64,000 nt of DNA from Negaprion brevirostris. Taxonomy: Eukaryota. Where the stretch lies: NCBI GenBank assembly GCA_030324005.1, contig JARDVH010000059.1, positions 95,730,228-95,794,227 on the forward strand, given 5' to 3'. The notes beneath the pieces were generated by a model. The model was not told the DNA's origin. It was given only the letters and a program-made list of their open reading frames with translations, and searched no databases. This document shows positions 62,855 to 64,000 of this stretch, one piece after another (within the stretch, counting starts at the first letter, position 1; every line of letters begins with the position of its first letter). Made by a program: the position numbers and the translations under genes.

Positions 62855-64000
62855 ACTTCCTGGTTGCTACAGGACTTATTGACAATCCTCCTACCCAGCA
62901 TTTTATCAAAGGCCTTTTGAAAATACACTTATGTAGCTTGTGTAGCATCATCTTAGTCAATACATTTCATTACCTCTTCAAAAATCTCTATTAAATTTGT
63001 CAGTTGTGACATGCCATTTACAAATTCATGCTGGTTATTCTTAATTAATTATACTTCTAAACGAATAGTATTTCTTTTTCCTTTTATATGGCTTCAAGAA
63101 GCTTACCCAGTCAGCTGCTCTGAAGTTACTACATTTATCACATTGCTCATTTCTGAATTAAGATGTCACATACTGGTAATCCTGCTGTCCTTCCATATCA
63201 AAAGTTGTCTGAAGGATTGTGGTTGAATCATTTGCTATTTTCTCTCTGACTCTCTCAGTGTTTTAGAATACATGCTGGGTGACTCTTAGCTGGGATTTCC
63301 CACCCCCCAGTGGTGGGATTTCCTATGCTGGACGCTGAGAGCCATTGGCCACCGACAGGATCTTCTGGCCCCGCCAAAGTCTATGAGCTTCACTTGGCTC
63401 ACCCATCCCACTGCTGGGGAACCCAATGTCGGGGTTAACTTCAGCAGGACTGGAAGATCCTGCCAGCAGGAGGGGGCCAAAAATTTCAGCACAAAGGTTC
63501 CATCACTTCTTCAGCTCAACTTCATTCTCTACATTCTTCCTAGCCAATGCTTCCCCTGTTTGTGCTCTCTAATTCTCACTAGTGCACTCTTTTCTGAAAA
63601 GCAAGGACCAATTCTCCATCCTCCAGAAGAAGATTTCCTTTTCTATCTGTAATTGGTTCTATATTTTCCCAAGTTAATCTTTTACATTTTATATGTTTAT
63701 AACGTTTTACTTTATGCTAAACATTACTCTTTTATTTTGCTCTACTGCTATATAATCAATATTCTGCCTGACTTGTTTATGTTATTTTTCTACTGATCCA
63801 AGAAATTCCTGCTTTTACTTCATCCCTTTGGCTTTTTTTATAGATGCATGTCTAATTTGTACCATAGTTATCTAATTTTCAATGTTTTCATTGACTTATT
63901 GCTATCAATATTTTTATTTCCAATTTATCTGGACTGGTTCCACTTTCATCTTATTGTAATTGTTTTTTCCAGTTAAGTAATTTTCTCTTTGAACCTGTCT
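62855..64000 (-). mobile_element. Degenerate CR1 ORF2 fragments (MITE-like insert at ~63288-63490)
   Basis: YFQKAFDKML and NQHEFVNGMS-like RT motifs, followed by T-rich decayed ORF2 sequence. Confidence 0.55.

Noticed and set aside
1-64000. Prokaryotic systems (CRISPR arrays, operons, defence islands)
   Set aside because: The sequence is vertebrate repeat-rich DNA with no gene-dense regions or repeat-spacer arrays.

Overview
Eukaryotic, repeat-dense genomic DNA with many N gaps, almost certainly from a cartilaginous fish (shark). It carries HE1/V-type SINEs with HER1-like tails, Deu-domain SINEs, and degenerate CR1 and L2-like LINEs. I recognise no intact protein-coding gene; most ORF-track entries are transposon debris, low-complexity sequence or read-through across gaps. 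Main elements: (i) a CpG-rich bidirectional promoter at ~30.65-31.1 kb (YY1, CRE, CCAAT, 5'TOP-like tract) that appears to drive two divergent spliced transcripts I cannot assign to known genes; (ii) a decayed, intronless DAD1 retrocopy at 42.6-43.1 kb; (iii) three decayed Ty3/Gypsy elements, one with Gmr1-type IN-RT-RH order; (iv) a Penelope-type terminus with a hammerhead ribozyme core; (v) several fold-back structures and candidate conserved non-coding blocks. The most striking observation is that both LTRs of the Gypsy element at 8560-13532 contain apparently independent Tx1-clade LINE insertions in the same ~15-bp LTR motif, suggesting a Tx1 family that targets an LTR retrotransposon. Repeat boundaries are approximate and were read by eye.
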